Shown here: in pieces, positions 36,803-38,966 of the stretch
How the letters are laid out: every line of letters begins with the position of its first letter
Position numbering within the stretch: position 1 is the first letter of the stretch
IMG/VR virus record: IMGVR_UViG_3300040985_000661
Span: 1-38,966 of that record
Reading direction: 5' to 3' (one strand)
From: a virus
Taxonomy: Duplodnaviria > Caudoviricetes
DNA length: 38,966 nucleotides
The notes under the pieces: generated by a model
The model's database searches: none
Told to the model about the DNA's origin: nothing
What the model saw: only the letters and a program-made list of their open reading frames with translations
Position numbers and translations under genes: made by a program

Positions 36803-37000
36803 TTACGCGTACGGTGCATCGCCGTCGGCCTTGCGGCGGTGTGAGGGTGACCGGGAGTGGTGTATGCACTTACTGCTTCTTACCCGCCGCTCCACGCCTG
36901 ATCGTCTATCTGGTTTAAGCACATACGCTGTGTTCTCATGCCGCTTAATCTCTGCTGCTTGGGCAGCTATCTTGTCTTCTGCCGCGTTCAATTCACTCAT
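36803..37000 (-). CDS. Coiled-coil plus Arg-rich DRRxGVERR micro-protein (copy 1)
   Basis: AQAAEIKR...YVLKPDRRSGVERRV...HRRKAD; GGAG RBS. Confidence 0.6.
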   Translation of the reverse strand: MSELNAAEDKIAAQAAEIKRHENTAYVLKPDRRSGVERRVRSSKCIHHSRSPSHRRKADGDAPYA

Positions 37001-37056
37001 GTAAAGTACTCCATTCGTCTAGTTCCATTTCATCTGTTGCCATCCTAGTATTAAGG

Positions 37057-37269
37057 CTATTTAGTTTGAACATCTGGTGTACCTCTCCATCCAACTAGTG
37101 CTTCATCACGTTTCCAGAAGTTACTGAACCTACCAATAAAGTCCTTTACGTAAGTAAGTTCTTCTGCGTCTTGGTCTGTAATGAAGTGATCGCCATTATC
37201 TAATTCATAGGCTGGTACATCTACTGTCTTGTTCTCATGTCTTATATAGTAACCTTCAAGCTTTTGCAT
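37057..37269 (-). CDS. Hypothetical protein
   Basis: 70-aa ORF with GAGG RBS. Confidence 0.6.
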   Translation of the reverse strand: MQKLEGYYIRHENKTVDVPAYELDNGDHFITDQDAEELTYVKDFIGRFSNFWKRDEALVGWRGTPDVQTK

Positions 37270-37309
37270 CAGTCCCTCTTTTCAGCGATTAACACCACGT
37301 ACCCATACA

Positions 37310-37789
37310 TCACTCATCACTTGCCTCCTTCTTATATGCGTCAGGGTGTAAGGCGGCAGGCAATGGGTACGCTGCAAATAGTCCGTCTATGTCATTGCAT
37401 AAGATCATGGCGTCATTGGCTTGCCATCTGTCCTCAACAAGCTCGGCCTCAGCTTCTTGCTCAAGATGCAGAGTGCAGCGGTGCAGGACTTCGATCATCT
37501 TCTCCTGTTCGTATTCAAGCTCAAACGTCCGGTTCATCCAAGCCGTTCGCCAGTTTTCGGATAGCTTTTGCTCGTTGCAGCTTTCTTCATGGTCATGCCG
37601 GAGCCGCTCAATCTCAGCCTCAAGTTCTTCGATGCGGTCAGCCTGACGATTGCATTGCTCAAGTAAGTCTTGGTTCTGCCATGTGGCATTGTCACGTTCC
37701 AGCCGCTTAATCTCAGCCGCTTGGGCTTCGATGGTGGCTTTGTGCCTCGCCAGATCATCGACAAGCAACTTCGTTGTTTCATTACTCAT
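37310..37789 (-). CDS. Modular coiled-coil protein (Ead/Ea22-like organisation)
   Basis: Start MSNETT after AAAGGAG; contains both AQAAEIKRLE and ADRIEELEAEIERLR cassettes. Confidence 0.65.
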   Translation of the reverse strand: MSNETTKLLVDDLARHKATIEAQAAEIKRLERDNATWQNQDLLEQCNRQADRIEELEAEIERLRHDHEESCNEQKLSENWRTAWMNRTFELEYEQEKMIEVLHRCTLHLEQEAEAELVEDRWQANDAMILCNDIDGLFAAYPLPAALHPDAYKKEASDE

Positions 37790-38033
37790 CGTCAGTCTCC
37801 TTTCGGCGTTGTGATTGGCGAGTGTTGTGCCAACCACACCTTGCCGTATAGGACTCAACCACCCTACGCTCCACGCCAGTGCGACGGTCAACGTCATGTA
37901 GCAAATAGCCCGAGTACTTTAGCTGCTTAATCTCAGCCTCAAGTTCTTCGATGCGGTGTGCAGCTTCTCTACGTAGTGCACCGTGGCGACCATACGCACT
38001 GCACAACCGTACAACTAAATCATCCATCGTCAT
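37782..38033 (-). CDS. Coiled-coil plus Arg-rich DRRxGVERR micro-protein (copy 2)
   Basis: MTMDDLVVRL...EAAHRIEELEAEIKQLK...DRRTGVERRV...RQSQRRKE; GGAG RBS. Confidence 0.65.
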   Translation of the reverse strand: MTMDDLVVRLCSAYGRHGALRREAAHRIEELEAEIKQLKYSGYLLHDVDRRTGVERRVVESYTARCGWHNTRQSQRRKETDDE

Positions 38034-38046
38034 TCTCCATCCTCGT

Positions 38047-38220
38047 TTATGTTCGCGGCCACGGTAAGAAATCTTCGTCATATGTTTCCGTGTCTAAAAA
38101 GTAGTCCATCGCTCTGATTTGCTCATCATCAGATACAGGTAGTTCGGGCGGCGATAGGCATAAGAAGCCTATAACTTGATATGCTTGTGCCGATTTTGCC
38201 TGACCGTCATCGTCCATCAT
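38047..38220 (-). CDS. Small acidic hypothetical protein (57 aa)
   Basis: MMDDDGQAKSAQAYQVIG...DYF...DEDFLPWPRT*; GAGG RBS. Confidence 0.6.
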   Translation of the reverse strand: MMDDDGQAKSAQAYQVIGFLCLSPPELPVSDDEQIRAMDYFLDTETYDEDFLPWPRT

Positions 38221-38232
38221 TCAAATCCTCGT

Positions 38233-38403
38233 CTATCGTTCCAGTGTTTCAACCTTATGCACCAGCGGGAACGGTGCTTTAGCTTTCTTCTCATGTGACG
38301 CCTTGGCCTCGTCACGATCTCTCTGAGTTTTAAACCAGCGCGTCCACTCGATGTTACCGAAGTGGCTATCTTCACGAATAAGTTTGAGGCCAAAATGCTT
38401 CAT
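38233..38403 (-). CDS. Small hypothetical protein (56 aa)
   Basis: MKHFGLKLIRED...WTRWFKTQRDRDEA...; ATGA overlap with the upstream gene. Confidence 0.55.
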   Translation of the reverse strand: MKHFGLKLIREDSHFGNIEWTRWFKTQRDRDEAKASHEKKAKAPFPLVHKVETLER

Positions 38404-38624
38404 AAAATGGGCGTATCTAATGCGACATCAATCATGGCTTGCCAAATACCCGGGCGTTGTATTGGGTCATCATCCCAATCGGCCTTAGTACCAGCGGCAA
38501 CCATTGCTTCTGTCGGATCGCGCATCGCTTTAATGGCTATGGGGGCCAATTGGCGGCACCAATCCAGCCGAATGTCTGTTCCTTTGTGCATAGCGATAGC
38601 TACTCGCTCAATCATATCACTCAT
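38400..38624 (-). CDS. Conserved small phage protein
   Basis: MSDMIERVAIAM...AIKAMRDPTEAMVAAG...IWQAMIDVAL; AAAGGAG RBS. Confidence 0.7.
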   Translation of the reverse strand: MSDMIERVAIAMHKGTDIRLDWCRQLAPIAIKAMRDPTEAMVAAGTKADWDDDPIQRPGIWQAMIDVALDTPIL

Positions 38625-38865
38625 CGTCATTCTCCTTTCGGCGTTGTGATTGGCGAGTGTTGTACCAACCACACCTTGCCTTATAGGACTCAACCACCCT
38701 ACGCTCCACGCCAGTGCGACGGTCAATCAAATAACCTAAGTACTTTAGCCGCTCTATCTTAGCCTCAAGTTCTTCGATGCGGTCAGCGGCTTCTTCGCAT
38801 AGGGGGTGTGTGCTTGCGCCTATTCTTAATCCATGAACGCGTAACCGTTCAACAAGATCATCCAT
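38617..38865 (-). CDS. Coiled-coil plus Arg-rich DRRxGVERR micro-protein (copy 3)
   Basis: MDDLVERLR...EEAADRIEELEAKIERLK...DRRTGVERRV...RQSQRRKE. Confidence 0.7.
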   Translation of the reverse strand: MDDLVERLRVHGLRIGASTHPLCEEAADRIEELEAKIERLKYLGYLIDRRTGVERRVVESYKARCGWYNTRQSQRRKENDDE

Positions 38866-38966
38866 TATTCAAATCCTTCCCTACGCTCGTTAGGCGTCAT
38901 CGGTTTTGTAAACATCGGTCAACGGGATATGCTCTGCGCCATCGTCTGTATCCCTCGCAAGACAAC

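Larger units (their letters stand above)
37784..38726. repeat. Dispersed direct repeat, 108 bp, 105/108 identical (37784-37891 and 38619-38726)
   Basis: Manual alignment shows three substitutions; weaker similarity continues to about 37960 and 38790. Confidence 0.9.

Noticed and set aside
37790-37897. N-terminal extension MTLTVALAWSVGW... on the 37310 and 38400 ORFs
   Set aside because: It is an alternative frame of the DRR gene. Strong RBSs precede the internal ATGs at 37789 and 38624, and the diverged third copy conserves only the DRR frame. Two of the three repeat differences are synonymous in the alternative frame, but that is too few to weigh.
37784-38726. Diversity-generating retroelement template/variable repeat pair
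   Set aside because: Only three differences, one not at an adenine on the coding strand; no reverse transcriptase in the window; not at the C-terminus of a lectin-fold protein.

Overview
The window is a large part of a tailed dsDNA phage genome with podovirus-type architecture and two convergent arms that meet near 19.5 kb. The + arm (1-19513) carries virion genes: head-tail adaptor, two fibre proteins, a lectin/SPRY receptor-binding protein, tail nozzle, ejection proteins, an M15 peptidase and a TGA-interrupted methyltransferase. The - arm (38966-19582) carries small modular early genes, tRNA-Gly(TCC), T7-like primase-helicase, family A DNA polymerase, an EndoVII-type HNH nuclease, SSB, other nucleases, class II ribonucleotide reductase, a SleB-like hydrolase, a radical SAM/twitch enzyme, a glycosyltransferase-methyltransferase-Maf/DUF115 triple fusion, a 3TM holin and terminase small subunit. 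The layout resembles SIO1/cobavirus-like marine podoviruses (inference). No capsid, portal, TerL, integrase or RNA polymerase is visible. Best candidates for undescribed biology: (1) a glycan-building and tailoring module that may decorate the Ser/Thr-rich fibres; (2) three Arg-rich DRRxGVERR micro-proteins assembled from shuffled coiled-coil cassettes; (3) several structured RNA elements, including an anti-Shine-Dalgarno terminator loop and an atypical tRNA-Gly. Several apparent lesions (startless ORF, ATGA to ACGA, GGA to TGA, exact 72-bp duplication) may be sequencing or assembly artefacts. All calls come from motif recognition by eye; no searches were run.
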